60,152 nt of DNA from a virus (IMGVR_UViG_3300011115_000619:1-60152), one strand, 5' to 3'. Shown: positions 27,127-38,029, counted from the stretch's first letter. Numbers and translations are program-made. The notes: generated by a model from the letters alone, not told the origin.

Positions 27127-27860
27127 TGGCAACTTCCGGCACCGCTACCCTCACGTTTGATATTCAGGAGCTTGCTGAGGAAGCTTTTGAGCGTGCCGGT
27201 ATGGATCTCCGCACCGGCTTCCAGATGCGCTCTGCACGGCGCAGCCTGAACTTCCTGACAATGGAGTGGGCCAACCGTGGGCTGAACCTCTGGACCATCG
27301 AGAGCAACATCTCAAATCCTCTGGTTCTGACCCCCGGAACTGCCACCTACACTCTGCCCAGTGACACCATCGATCTGATCGAGCAGGTTGTGAGATTGAA
27401 CAGTGGCGGCCAGAACACAGACTACAATCTGGAGCGCATTTCGGTTTCGACCTATGCTCAGATCCCCAACAAGTCCACGCAGGGCAGGCCGGTTCAGGTC
27501 TATGTGCAGAGGATTGGTGGCGGGTCTGGTCCGGTAGGGTCTGTGGATGCAACTGCACCTCAACTCTCACAATTCACCTTGTGGCCTGTGCCAGATCAAG
27601 CCTATAGTGTGGTGTATTGGCGCTTGACGCGCATCCAAGACACCGGGGCCAGCGCATCCAACACCATGGATGTCCCCTTCCGGTTTGTCCCTGCTCTCGT
27701 GGCAGGCCTCGCCTACTACTCGGCGCTCAAATCCCCCAATGCTGAAGTGCGCGGAAACATCGCGATGCTGAAGCAAGTCTATGAAGAGCAATTTGATCTG
27801 GCGGCTGCGGAAGACCGTGACCGTGCGTCAGTGCGCTTCGTGCCATGGATTAGTGTCTGA
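27126..27860 (+). CDS. Head-tail adaptor / tail tubular A-like protein
   Basis: EEAFER.G...ARRSLN...EW.NRG.NLW; LWPVPD; DVP.RF..ALVAGLAYY. Confidence 0.65.
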   Translation: MATSGTATLTFDIQELAEEAFERAGMDLRTGFQMRSARRSLNFLTMEWANRGLNLWTIESNISNPLVLTPGTATYTLPSDTIDLIEQVVRLNSGGQNTDYNLERISVSTYAQIPNKSTQGRPVQVYVQRIGGGSGPVGSVDATAPQLSQFTLWPVPDQAYSVVYWRLTRIQDTGASASNTMDVPFRFVPALVAGLAYYSALKSPNAEVRGNIAMLKQVYEEQFDLAAAEDRDRASVRFVPWISV

Positions 27861-28261
27861 TGCCGTTGTTTGCAGTAGGCAAGCGGGCCTTTGGCTTCTG
27901 TGACCGCTGCGCCCAACGCTACCCGCTGAACGTCCTGAAAAAGCAAATCTACAACCAGCGTCCGATTGACCTTCGCGTCTGTCCCGACTGTCTGGATGTG
28001 GACCAGCCTCAGCTTCAGCTTGGCAAGTATCCGGTTCTTGATCCGATTGCTCTGCGGAACCCGCGCCCCGATACGTCCCAGACCCAGAGCCGCGCTCTGT
28101 TTGGTTGGACGCCAATCGAGGGCTTGAACAATGACAATCCGTCGCGTGAACCGCCGCTGCCGCCGATAGTCAATATTGGCGGTGTCGTTGGCAACAACGC
28201 AGTGGATATGACCGGCTACGTTGGCACCGCCTTCGTCTACATCGACGGAGTTGAGGTATGA
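27860..28261 (+). CDS. Hypothetical protein with two CxxC pairs
   Basis: CDRC...VCPDC...PQL...PRPD. Confidence 0.65.
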   Translation: MPLFAVGKRAFGFCDRCAQRYPLNVLKKQIYNQRPIDLRVCPDCLDVDQPQLQLGKYPVLDPIALRNPRPDTSQTQSRALFGWTPIEGLNNDNPSREPPLPPIVNIGGVVGNNAVDMTGYVGTAFVYIDGVEV

Positions 28262-30090
28262 AGAAGAGACGCCTCCAGACAGGGGGCAACATCAACACTG
28301 TTCCGGCTTCCCGCCAGAACATTGAGCAGCGCACGCCATCCGGGGTGCGTCCCGTAGGTTCGCCCGTCATCCCAGTGAAGAGTGATGTACAGGGCACGAT
28401 GAAACATGGTGGGGAGTTAAAGATGAAGAAGCCCAAGAAGATGGCTATGGGCGGTATGCCCGGTCCTATGCCCGTTGATCGTGGTCGCGGCGTGAGCCGT
28501 GGTGGTGGCGGTGCAGGTTTTGCTGGCACTGGCCGTCCTCCCCAGAGCTATGTCGGCACCGCTGGCAACCTGCCGGGTGGTTTCATGGGTCCGGGCGCTG
28601 GCGGTATGCCGATTGGTGGCGGCATGGGCGCTATGCCTCGTGGTCCCGGCAGTCTGCCTTCTGGCGGCATTGGCCTCACCACCCAGCCCGGCGGTGGCGT
28701 TGATCAGGGTGGCTATGCGGATTTTCTGGCCCAGCGTCAGGCCGCTCGCCCTCCCGGAATGAAGAAGGGTGGCAAGGTGTCAGCCTCGTCTTACAACGAC
28801 ATGACCGGCGGCGCTGGTGGCGGCATTGGTCGCCTTGAGAAGACCAGCATTGCTTCTAAGACCAAGTCCCAGAAACTCAAGAAAGGTGGCAAAGTGAAGG
28901 GTTACGCTGACGGTGGGGAACTTTCCCTTGGTGATCGCCTTGCCCTTGAGAGGGCGGGTTTTGATCCTGAGACGCGCCGCATGAAGCGCAGCGACAATTC
29001 TCTGTATGGCGTCAAGCCGGTCGAGATTCGCGAGCTTCCGGCCCCCAGAAAGAAGGAGGCGTCCGCCCCCACTCCTCGCCCGCGCCCGAAGGTATCTCCC
29101 GCGACTTCCGTTCGCATGGACCGTGCGGAAACCCGCAACGAGACTGACCGCGCCAATGCAGGCATCCGCAGCCAGCAGAGCAGCGCCATTACTAAGATGA
29201 TGGACGTTGCTCGTCGCAACGACAATCAGCGCGAAATGGACCGCCTGACCAAGCTTAACCCGGCCGCCGCAGCCATGAGCAAGCCTCGCCCTGCTGTGCC
29301 CACAGCGCCGGTCCCCCGCCCCCGCCCCAAGGCTGCTGACAGGCCCTCGGCAGCGGAGGCTGTTGTTGGACAGGGTCGTGCGGAACAGCGTGCTGCAACT
29401 GACCGCACAAATGCTGGCATTCGCAGTCAGCAGAGCGGTGCAATCGACAAGATGCTTGATCTGGCTCGTCGCAACGGCAACCAGCGCGAGATCGACCGCC
29501 TGACCGCTCTCAAGGCCTCCAAGGGCATGAAGAAGGGCGGCAAGGTTGAGGCGTTTGAGGGAACGGCCCGTGACATGGCCGAAGACAAGAAGCTGGCCAA
29601 GAAGCGTGGCATGAGCCTCAAGGCTTGGGAGAAGTCCTCGGCCGATGAGAAGCATGACACGCAGCAGAACATGAAGGGCCTGAAGAAGGGCGGTAAGGCC
29701 GAAATGCACGACAAGGGCTGCAAGTGCATGGCCTGCGGCGGCGTGGCCAAGTACGCCATGGGCGGCAAGGTCTCGACCTCGCAGACCGGCATGAAGGCCC
29801 CGCTGCGTCCGAAGCCCACGGCCATGGCCAAGGGTGGCGCTGTCGGCAAGACGTTTGGCAAGCCGCTCCCCGGCACCAAGGTCAGCAGTCAGAAGATCCG
29901 TTCGACCGTCAGCACTGATGGCGCGAACATGAAGAAGGATGGCATGAAGGGTCAGCTTCGTGCGAAGGCCAGCGGTACCAAGGCCACCAGCATGATGAAG
30001 CCCCTCGGCATGACCAAGATGGCTTCTGGCGGCAAGGTTCGTGGTGCTGGCATTGCTCAGCGCGGCACCAAGTTCATTGGTGAAGTGTAA
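28258..30090 (+). CDS. Low-complexity basic protein with repeated MKKGGKV motifs
   Basis: 610-aa Gly/Lys/Met-rich ORF with an internal ~40-aa duplication. Confidence 0.7.
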   Translation: MKKRRLQTGGNINTVPASRQNIEQRTPSGVRPVGSPVIPVKSDVQGTMKHGGELKMKKPKKMAMGGMPGPMPVDRGRGVSRGGGGAGFAGTGRPPQSYVGTAGNLPGGFMGPGAGGMPIGGGMGAMPRGPGSLPSGGIGLTTQPGGGVDQGGYADFLAQRQAARPPGMKKGGKVSASSYNDMTGGAGGGIGRLEKTSIASKTKSQKLKKGGKVKGYADGGELSLGDRLALERAGFDPETRRMKRSDNSLYGVKPVEIRELPAPRKKEASAPTPRPRPKVSPATSVRMDRAETRNETDRANAGIRSQQSSAITKMMDVARRNDNQREMDRLTKLNPAAAAMSKPRPAVPTAPVPRPRPKAADRPSAAEAVVGQGRAEQRAATDRTNAGIRSQQSGAIDKMLDLARRNGNQREIDRLTALKASKGMKKGGKVEAFEGTARDMAEDKKLAKKRGMSLKAWEKSSADEKHDTQQNMKGLKKGGKAEMHDKGCKCMACGGVAKYAMGGKVSTSQTGMKAPLRPKPTAMAKGGAVGKTFGKPLPGTKVSSQKIRSTVSTDGANMKKDGMKGQLRAKASGTKATSMMKPLGMTKMASGGKVRGAGIAQRGTKFIGEV

Positions 30091-30093
30091 GCC

Positions 30094-30765
30094 ATGTCCT
30101 TGAACTATTCACAGCTTGTTGCGGCGATTGAAGACTATCTTCAGTACAATGACCCGGTGTTTGTTGATAACCTCCCGGTCATCATCCAGCAGGCTGAGGA
30201 TAGGATTTACCAGTCGGTTCAGGCCCCGGTTGAGCGTAAAAACTCAATCGGGGCGCTGGCGGCTCACAATCAGTACCTCGGCGCTCCTTCAGACATGCTG
30301 TCGGTTGCGAGCATTGCCGTGGTTTCAGGGAGCAACTACACGTTCCTTGTCCCCCGTGAGGTGAGCTTCATTCGCGAGGCGTTTCCCTCTACGGCTTCGT
30401 CTGGAGAGGGCTTGCCCAAGTGCTACGCTCTGTTCGACCAGACCACGTTCATCTTTGGCCCGACGCCTGACATAAGCTACAACGTGGAACTGAACTACCA
30501 CGCGAAGCCTGCCAGCATCGTGCAGTATGTGGACAACGTGATTGTCCCAACCACCACGACGTGGATCAGCCTGAACTTCGAGAGCGTTCTGCTCTCGGCC
30601 TGCATCCTCGAAGCCTACATCTTCCTGAAGGGTGACCAAGACCTCATTCAGCTTTACGATGCCCGTTACAAAGATGCCCTCTCGACGTTCCAGCTTCTGG
30701 GTGAAGGTCTGGATGAGCAGGACAGCTTCCGCAACGGCACCAAGCGTATGAAGGTCAACCCATGA
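30094..30765 (+). CDS. Tail adaptor-like structural protein
   Basis: NY..L...I.DY...FGPTPD.SY.VEL.Y...P...LL.A.L.EAY.FLKG. Confidence 0.65.
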   Translation: MSLNYSQLVAAIEDYLQYNDPVFVDNLPVIIQQAEDRIYQSVQAPVERKNSIGALAAHNQYLGAPSDMLSVASIAVVSGSNYTFLVPREVSFIREAFPSTASSGEGLPKCYALFDQTTFIFGPTPDISYNVELNYHAKPASIVQYVDNVIVPTTTTWISLNFESVLLSACILEAYIFLKGDQDLIQLYDARYKDALSTFQLLGEGLDEQDSFRNGTKRMKVNP

Positions 30766-31049
30766 TTGGACATGAGAGTGTTCCCACCCTTGGGAACGTA
30801 TCAGTGATGACCACCAGCAACCGTGGTCACTCTGTCGAGGAAATGACTGAGCTTCTGCTCCGTCGCATCATCTCGGTGGCAGACACCGCGCCTCCGGCAA
30901 TTCGCGCTCAGGCTATCGAGTTCCAAGACAGTCTTCGCAGGCTGATCCACCACTACATGGCAGAGGCCGTGAGATCGGATCGGATCACCGTAGCTGCCAA
31001 ACTGCGGGCGGAAGCGCCTCACTTGGCCGACCTCATCGAGCAGATCTAG
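30762..31049 (+). CDS. Hypothetical protein
   Basis: V.TT.NRGHSVEE motif; coupled. Confidence 0.65.
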   Translation: MIGHESVPTLGNVSVMTTSNRGHSVEEMTELLLRRIISVADTAPPAIRAQAIEFQDSLRRLIHHYMAEAVRSDRITVAAKLRAEAPHLADLIEQI

Positions 31050-31080
31050 GTGCATTTGCACCTGAAAACGGAGTAGCAAC

Positions 31081-31521
31081 ATGGCAATTTCTCAGGCCCT
31101 CTGCACCAGCTTCAAGGTTGAGCTTATGCAGGGCTACCACAACTTCACGACCTCGACTGGCAACGTGTTCAAGCTGGCTCTGTACACCAGCGCAGCCACG
31201 CTTGGTGCAACCACGACGGCCTACAGCACCACCAACGAGGCCACCGGCACCAACTACACGGCTGGCGGCGGCACCCTGACCAACGTGACCCCGACTTCGT
31301 CTGGAACCACGGCTTTCACCGACTTTGCGGACCTGACGTTCTCCAACGTCACGATCACTGCCAACGGCGCGTTGATCTACAACTCCAGCACGGTTGGCGG
31401 CAGCGCGGTTCGAGCGGTTGCGGTGCTTGCGTTTGGTTCCGACAAGACCGCCACGGCTGGTAACTTCACCATCGTGTTTCCGACTGCCGACGCCAGCAAC
31501 GCCATCATCCGCATCGCGTAA
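31081..31521 (+). CDS. Structural protein (tail-associated)
   Basis: MAISQA.CTSFK.EL..G.HNF...FKLALYTS...GALIYN. Confidence 0.7.
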   Translation: MAISQALCTSFKVELMQGYHNFTTSTGNVFKLALYTSAATLGATTTAYSTTNEATGTNYTAGGGTLTNVTPTSSGTTAFTDFADLTFSNVTITANGALIYNSSTVGGSAVRAVAVLAFGSDKTATAGNFTIVFPTADASNAIIRIA

Positions 31522-31554
31522 GCAAAGGCCATTGGGTCTGGATGAGGTGATCTG

Positions 31555-33333
31555 ATGGCGACAATTATCCTCACCAGCGGGACAACGTGGACTGTCCCTG
31601 CTGATTGGACTGATGCCGGAAGCACCATCAGGGTCATTGGCGGTGGTGCTGGTGGCGCAAGGCCAACTGCCGCAAATGTGATTGGCGCTGTTGGTGGTGG
31701 CGGTGGTGCGTTCTCATCCGTTTCTGCGATTGGCCTCACCGCCGGGGCGACCGTCTACATAAACATTGGCGCTGCCGGTGCTGGTGGTTCTGCCACCGGA
31801 AACTCTGGAACGGGAGGCGGTGACACTTGGCTTAACAAAGCCGCAAACTCAGCCCCAGCTTCCGCAGCAAATGGTGCGCTTGCTAAAGGCGGCGCGGCTT
31901 ATACTGGAAGTGGTATTGCTGGTGGTGTTGGTGGCGCTGCTGCCTCCGGCATTGGCTCAACAACGTACTCTGGTGGCAATGGCGGCCTCCAGACGATTGC
32001 CATCACAAACAACGGCGGGTCAGGCGGCGGCTCTGCCGCCGACAATAACGGCAATGGTTTTGATGGCGGCAACAGAGGGACAAACGCTCGCGCAAGCGGC
32101 GGCGGTGGCGGTGGAACCGGAGGCCTTGGTGCCGATGGTAGTTCCGCAGCAGCAGCCGCTGGTGGCGCTGGCGGTCTTAGCTACTCTGGTGGTGCTGGCG
32201 GCACAGCAGGCGCTGCAAACGGTGGCGCAGGTGGTGTTGGGGCAAATGGCGCTGGCGGTGGCGGTGGTGGCGGCGGCGTCAGTGGCGCGGCATCTGGTGC
32301 TGGCGGTGCAGGCGGCACTGGCACTGAATACAGCATCACTGCAGGCGGCACTGCTGGTTCTGGCGGTGGCGGTGGCGGCAGTGGTGGTTCTGCTGGTGCG
32401 GGAAGCTCCAGTGGCGTGGGCGGTTCTGCTGGCCTTTACGGCGGCGGTGGCGGCGGTTCTGGCGGTGCTGGTGTTACCCGTGCAAACGGTGGTGCAGGCG
32501 CTCAGGGCGCAATTATCATCACCTACACGGCAGTCACCAATGTCAGCGTCACGGGAAGCGCCGGTACTGGCAGCGTAGGATCTGTCACCGTCACGGCGGC
32601 AGCCAATGTTGACGAGACCGGGGTATCTGGCACCGGCAGCGTTGGCACAGTCACCACAACAGCAGCCGCAAACGTTCCCGTCACTGGCAACTCTTCGACA
32701 GCAGACGTCGGCACTGTCTCCGTCATCATCACTGTTGACGCCAGCGTCAATGTTACTGGAAATCTTGCAACTGGCAGCGTTGGTTCCGTAACGGTCACTG
32801 GAGACGCCAGTGTCAATGTCACGGGCAACTCTGCGACAGCCGACGTTGGCTCAGTAACGGCATCTCTGCCGGTTGATGTCAACGTCACCGGGGAAACTGC
32901 CACAGCCTCTGTAGGCGACGTTACGGTCACTGGCGCAGCCAATGTTTCTCCCACTGGCATTGCAGCAACCGGATCTGTCGGAAGCGTCACCGTCAATGCC
33001 GATGCAAATGTGCCGGTCACTGGCGAAGAAGCGACATCCGCCCTTGGCGACGTTGTCATCTTCCTTGACGTTGTGGCGGATGTTGTTGGCTTTGAGGCCA
33101 CGGCATTTCTTGGCGACGTTGAGGTGGAGGCAGACGCCAACACTGACGTTGAGGGGTTCCTTGTCATCATGGCTCTGGGCAACATCATCGTCTCTGGCAC
33201 TTGGGACCCAGTCACCCCAACCACTCCTTCAGGTGCATTTGCACCCGTACCCACTGCACCATCCGCCGGATGGACCGTTATCTCTGACCCGACCACGACA
33301 TGGGTCCCGGTCAACACTGGAGCAGCCGCATGA
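31555..33333 (+). CDS. Glycine-rich plus V/T/G-repeat tail fibre-like protein
   Basis: Poly-Gly N-terminal half; VTG.SATG.VGSV repeats in the C-terminal half. Confidence 0.7.
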   Translation: MATIILTSGTTWTVPADWTDAGSTIRVIGGGAGGARPTAANVIGAVGGGGGAFSSVSAIGLTAGATVYINIGAAGAGGSATGNSGTGGGDTWLNKAANSAPASAANGALAKGGAAYTGSGIAGGVGGAAASGIGSTTYSGGNGGLQTIAITNNGGSGGGSAADNNGNGFDGGNRGTNARASGGGGGGTGGLGADGSSAAAAAGGAGGLSYSGGAGGTAGAANGGAGGVGANGAGGGGGGGGVSGAASGAGGAGGTGTEYSITAGGTAGSGGGGGGSGGSAGAGSSSGVGGSAGLYGGGGGGSGGAGVTRANGGAGAQGAIIITYTAVTNVSVTGSAGTGSVGSVTVTAAANVDETGVSGTGSVGTVTTTAAANVPVTGNSSTADVGTVSVIITVDASVNVTGNLATGSVGSVTVTGDASVNVTGNSATADVGSVTASLPVDVNVTGETATASVGDVTVTGAANVSPTGIAATGSVGSVTVNADANVPVTGEEATSALGDVVIFLDVVADVVGFEATAFLGDVEVEADANTDVEGFLVIMALGNIIVSGTWDPVTPTTPSGAFAPVPTAPSAGWTVISDPTTTWVPVNTGAAA

Positions 33334-34820
33334 GTACCTACTCAACCAACCTCAAGATTGAGCTTATCGGCAACGGTGAGCAGTCGGGTACATGGGGCAC
33401 CACCACCAACGGCAACCTCGGAACGGTGTTGGAAGAGGCTGTAGTTGGCAAGGCTTCCGTCGCCATGAGCGACCCGGCCAACACAACCATCACAATGGGG
33501 AATGGCCCGGCCACAAGCCCTGCGCGTTGTCTGTATCTGACGCTGACTGGCGCTCTGACGGCCAACCGCACCCTCACGGTCCCTTCGATCAACAAGACCT
33601 ACATCATCAACAACGCGACCACTGGCGGGTTCTCGGTCATTGTCACGTCAGGGGCAGGAACAACCACCACTATCGCCAGCGGCAAGACAATGCTGGTGTA
33701 TGTTGATACGACGGTTGGCGTCTTTCAGCAGTTTGACGACTTGCTCTCCACCACCACACTGGGTGGCCTGACCATTGCCAACACCAGTTCTGCCCAGACA
33801 CTCACCAACAAGACCCTGACATCGCCGCTGTTGAACTACCCCACTCTGGTGGCTCCGCTGGCGTCTGTGATCCGCACTGCCTACTTCCGCACCACAACCC
33901 TGAGTGCGGCTTCTATTGCCACGACCAATGGCAGTAGCACGATCACCATCACCGACAACGCAAATGGTGCTGTGGCAGGAGACTACGTCCTGATTTCAGG
34001 TGCAGTTGCTGTTGGCGGCATCTCTGCAGACACTCTGAACCAGACCTTCTTGGTTGCGACCGCAGCGACCAACAGCATCACGCTCAATACTGGCGTCAAC
34101 GCCACCTCCACCACGACTGGCGGCGGCACACCGACTCTCTACTACTACCACGCAGCGACAATCCCGGTGGCCACCACCACGCTGATTGGCACGTCCGACA
34201 CGGCCACGCTGACCAACAAGACCATCACGCCTCGCGTCAACACGGTCACGTCTAGCGCATCAATCACTCCGACCTTCAGCGCGTCGGATATGTACACAAT
34301 CACCGCGCTTGCCTTGAACACCACGATCAACGCCCCCACCACGGGAACCCCGTCTGATGGGCAGAAGCTGATCATTCGGATCAAAGACGCTGGCGTCAGG
34401 AAGACCAGCACGCTTGGCATCAATGCCATTGCCACCACCAATGGCTCTGCCAGCATTGTGATCACCGACAGCGCCAATGGCGCAGTGGTTGGAAACTATG
34501 TGACCATCTCTGGCGTCAGCGCAGCGATTGGCGGCATCCCGGCAGCGAGCATCAACACACGCTTTGCCATCACTGCCGTGGCAACCAACACCATCACCGT
34601 GGCAACCGCATCCACCGCAACATCCACCGCTACCGGCACCGCAACAGCCAGCGGCACCCTTTCCTACGATGGCTACAAGATCACTTGGAACAGCATCTTC
34701 AGGGCTGTTGGGGTAACCCTTCCCGCAGGCACTGTTGCCACCAAGACCATTTATGTGGGCTGCATCTACAATGCGGCAGATGCAAAATGGGATGTCGTTG
34801 CGGTATCCACTCAGGCGTAG
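33330..34820 (+). CDS. Tail fibre / receptor-binding protein
   Basis: MSTYSTNL.IEL...GEQSGTWG.TTN.N N-terminus; QTLTNKT repeats. Confidence 0.75.
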   Translation: MSTYSTNLKIELIGNGEQSGTWGTTTNGNLGTVLEEAVVGKASVAMSDPANTTITMGNGPATSPARCLYLTLTGALTANRTLTVPSINKTYIINNATTGGFSVIVTSGAGTTTTIASGKTMLVYVDTTVGVFQQFDDLLSTTTLGGLTIANTSSAQTLTNKTLTSPLLNYPTLVAPLASVIRTAYFRTTTLSAASIATTNGSSTITITDNANGAVAGDYVLISGAVAVGGISADTLNQTFLVATAATNSITLNTGVNATSTTTGGGTPTLYYYHAATIPVATTTLIGTSDTATLTNKTITPRVNTVTSSASITPTFSASDMYTITALALNTTINAPTTGTPSDGQKLIIRIKDAGVRKTSTLGINAIATTNGSASIVITDSANGAVVGNYVTISGVSAAIGGIPAASINTRFAITAVATNTITVATASTATSTATGTATASGTLSYDGYKITWNSIFRAVGVTLPAGTVATKTIYVGCIYNAADAKWDVVAVSTQA

Positions 34821-34823
34821 GAG

Positions 34824-35030
34824 GTGCCAATGAACTCCGCTGTTGTTGAGCAGGACACACTGATTGTGATGAACATCATCGTGGCCGATCCAGTTACTGA
34901 CCCGCCGCCGGTTGGCTGCGTTCTGATTGGTCTTGTCCCTGATGAGCCGTGCAATATCGGCTGGCTGTACGATCCCGCCACCAACACGTTCTCCAACCCC
35001 AACCCACCTCCTGAAGAGGCTGCTGCCTGA
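34824..35030 (+). CDS. Small tail-fibre-associated protein
   Basis: V.NIIVAD...IGW.YD...F..P. Confidence 0.6.
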   Translation: MPMNSAVVEQDTLIVMNIIVADPVTDPPPVGCVLIGLVPDEPCNIGWLYDPATNTFSNPNPPPEEAAA

Positions 35031-35815
35031 TGCCCGACACGATTGTCTACATCACCAGCGGAACCACTTGGACCGTCCCCACTGACTTTGGAACCGTTAA
35101 TAGCATCGAGGTGATTGGTGGCGGCGGCGGAACGGGCGGAAGCGGAGGCAGTGGCGGCCTGACTGGTGGCGGTGGCGGTGGAGCTTATGCAAAGGTCGCA
35201 AACCTAGCCCTCACTCCGGGATCAACCGTCACTATCGCCATTGGCGCTGGCGGTTCTGGTGGCGTTGGTAACAACGATGGAACCGGCGGTGGAAGCACTT
35301 GGCTTTCCACGACCGGCTCTTCTCCCACATCAAGCTCTCAGGGCGCGCTTGCGGTTGGCGGCGGTTTTAGTCAGTCAGCAAACGGCTCCGGTTCTTTCAG
35401 TGCCGGTGCTTCTGGCGGCTCTTCCGCAAGCTGCATAGGCACCACCGTCTACAGTGGCGGCAATGGTTCGAGCGGAACGTCAAGCGTATCTGGCGCAGGC
35501 GGCGGCGCTGCCGGTGATGCGGGTGCCGGTGGAAATGGCTCAAGCACAACCGGCGGTACTGGCAATGCGGGAACGGGTGGCGCTGGCGGAACTGCCGACA
35601 CGGCTGGCAGTAGCGGAAGTGAATTTGGTTCTGGCTACGGTACGGGCGGTGGCGGTGGTGGCAACACATCCGGCGCGGACGGCAGGTCTGGCGGCCTGTA
35701 TGGCGCTGGCGGCGGCGGTTCCAGAGGGGCCAGTAACACTGGTGGCGCAGGGCGTCAGGGGCTGATCATCGTCACCTACACGCCTCCCTCCTCCAGCTTC
35801 CTGACAATGTTTTAG
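35030..35815 (+). CDS. Glycine-rich protein, paralog of the 31555 N-terminal domain
   Basis: TSGTTWTVP.D...VIGGG and G.QG.II.TYT shared with 31555. Confidence 0.7.
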   Translation: MPDTIVYITSGTTWTVPTDFGTVNSIEVIGGGGGTGGSGGSGGLTGGGGGGAYAKVANLALTPGSTVTIAIGAGGSGGVGNNDGTGGGSTWLSTTGSSPTSSSQGALAVGGGFSQSANGSGSFSAGASGGSSASCIGTTVYSGGNGSSGTSSVSGAGGGAAGDAGAGGNGSSTTGGTGNAGTGGAGGTADTAGSSGSEFGSGYGTGGGGGGNTSGADGRSGGLYGAGGGGSRGASNTGGAGRQGLIIVTYTPPSSSFLTMF

Positions 35816-35824
35816 GAAACAGAA

Positions 35825-38029
35825 ATGGCCCTTCAGAAAATACAGCTTCGTCCCGGCGTTTTTCGCGAAGGAACAGAGTATTCAAATCAGGGCGGCTGGT
35901 ATGATTGCGACAAGATCCGCTTTAGGTCTGGCCTGCCGGAGAAGATGAAGGGCTGGGTAAAAAACACCACAACTCAGTTCATTGGCACATGCCGGTCATT
36001 GATCGCGTGGGGAACTTTGAGCGGTCAGAACTACCTTGGGCTTGGCACCACCTCCAAGTACTACGTTCAGACTTCTTCAGGCGGCTCGTTCATCGACATC
36101 ACCCCCATCAGGGTGACCACCACCCTGACGGCAAACCAGATGTCTGCCAACAACGGTAGCGCCATCATTTACATTCGCGATGTAACAAATGCCCCCAGCG
36201 CAACGGTGGGTGACTATGTGAACATCGCCAATGCTGTCGCCTTTGCTGGCATCCCGGCAGCTTCAATCAACACGCAGACTGGCTGGGTCATCACTGGCGT
36301 GTTTTCAGTCAACGCCCCGACCGTCACCGACCCCATCACCACCACCAACGGCACCAAGACCATCAGTGTGGCTTGGGCCAACAACCCTCTTGCGGTAGGG
36401 AACTTCATTTCTGTGGTTGGCCTGACCGGCGGCTCCATAGGCGGCATCACCACCGCTGAAATGGAAGGGGTGTTTGTGGTTACCGGGATCTTGACCTCCG
36501 GTTCTACCGTCACTGGCTTCACCTATTCGGTGCCCACCACCAACGCGACCAGCACAGCAAGTGGCGGCGGCAGCACCTACACGATTGGCGTTGATGACAT
36601 CAAGCTCACTGTAGGGGCGGCGGCGACCTCAACGGCGGTTGGCGGCAGCACCGCAGGTCCTCCGGCGACCACCCTCTCGTACCAGCTTAGCGTTGGCTTG
36701 AACGTACAGGTGACTGGTGATGGCTGGGGCGCTGGACCTTGGTCCCGCAACGGTTGGGGCGACAGCTATGGCGCTCTGACCACAACCCAGACACTGCGCC
36801 TCTGGAGCAACGACACCTACGGGCAGGACCTGATCATCAACCCTCGCGACAACGGCATCTTCTACGAGACGCAGGCAAGCATTGCCGCCTCGACCGTTAC
36901 CGCGCCCGTGAGGGCGGTCAACATCACCACCCTGACCGGAGCCAACAACTGCCCAACGATCTCTCGTGAGGTGGCTGTATCGGGCACCAGCAGGCATGTG
37001 CTGGCCTTTGCCTGCAACCCCTACGGCGAGACCACCGCTGACCCCATGCTGATACGCTGGTCTGCGGCAGAAGACATTGCTGACTGGCAACCCCGGATCG
37101 AGAACGACAGCGGCGACATCCGCATGTCCACCGGCTCGCAGTTCATAACTCAGATCCACTCCAAGCAGCAGATCGTCATTTGGACCGACATCTCGATGTA
37201 CGCCTTGGAGTTTGTTGGCGCGCCCTACACCTTTGCTCTTCAACAGATTGGCTACGGCACCTCGATCATTGGCCCGAACGCCAAGTCTGCCGTCGATGAT
37301 GTTGTCTACTGGATGGGCGACACGACCTTCTACCGCTATGGCGGTCGCATTGAGCAGATCCCCTGCACGGTGAAGGACTACATCTTCTCACGCCTCAACT
37401 TCTCTCAGGCAGAGAAGATCACGTCAGGCACCAACCTTGCTCTGGGCGAGGTCATGTGGTTCTACGTTTCCAATTCTTCTCCAGCACCAGACTACCCCAT
37501 CGACAGTTACGTCACTTACAACTACCTTCAGGACGTATGGTACTACGGGTCTCTGGCCCGCACGGCATGGCTGGACTTTGCTCAAGATGGTCTGCCGATT
37601 GCGACTGGCGAGGATCTGTATCTGTACAACCACGAGAGTGGTTATGACGATGGCTCAACCACCCCAGCCTCACCTATCACAGCGTACATCGAGAGCAGTG
37701 GCATCGAGATTGGGGACGGCGACAGCATGATGTTCGTGCGCCAGATCTACCCTGACCTGACGTTTGCCAACAGCACTGCCTCAGATCCTCTTGCAACTTT
37801 CACCATCAGCGCCAGAAACTACCCCGGTGCTGGCGTGAGCCAAACGGACAATGCTCCGGTTGACCGGACATACAACGGGGTCACGGTGCCGGTTGGTCAG
37901 TTCACCGAACAGCTTTCTCTCAGGCTTCGTGGCAGGGCTGTCGCGGTCAGGATTGGAAGTGATGCCCTTGGGGTTGCTTGGAGGCTGGGCGCTCCGCGCT
38001 TTGAAATGCGCAGCGACGGTCGCCGCTAA
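35825..38029 (+). CDS. Tail tubular B / packaged-DNA stabilisation protein
   Basis: WYDCDKIRFRSG.PEK..GW N-terminus; LIRWS..E; C-terminal RLRGR...WRLG..R.....DGRR. Confidence 0.7.
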   Translation: MALQKIQLRPGVFREGTEYSNQGGWYDCDKIRFRSGLPEKMKGWVKNTTTQFIGTCRSLIAWGTLSGQNYLGLGTTSKYYVQTSSGGSFIDITPIRVTTTLTANQMSANNGSAIIYIRDVTNAPSATVGDYVNIANAVAFAGIPAASINTQTGWVITGVFSVNAPTVTDPITTTNGTKTISVAWANNPLAVGNFISVVGLTGGSIGGITTAEMEGVFVVTGILTSGSTVTGFTYSVPTTNATSTASGGGSTYTIGVDDIKLTVGAAATSTAVGGSTAGPPATTLSYQLSVGLNVQVTGDGWGAGPWSRNGWGDSYGALTTTQTLRLWSNDTYGQDLIINPRDNGIFYETQASIAASTVTAPVRAVNITTLTGANNCPTISREVAVSGTSRHVLAFACNPYGETTADPMLIRWSAAEDIADWQPRIENDSGDIRMSTGSQFITQIHSKQQIVIWTDISMYALEFVGAPYTFALQQIGYGTSIIGPNAKSAVDDVVYWMGDTTFYRYGGRIEQIPCTVKDYIFSRLNFSQAEKITSGTNLALGEVMWFYVSNSSPAPDYPIDSYVTYNYLQDVWYYGSLARTAWLDFAQDGLPIATGEDLYLYNHESGYDDGSTTPASPITAYIESSGIEIGDGDSMMFVRQIYPDLTFANSTASDPLATFTISARNYPGAGVSQTDNAPVDRTYNGVTVPVGQFTEQLSLRLRGRAVAVRIGSDALGVAWRLGAPRFEMRSDGRR

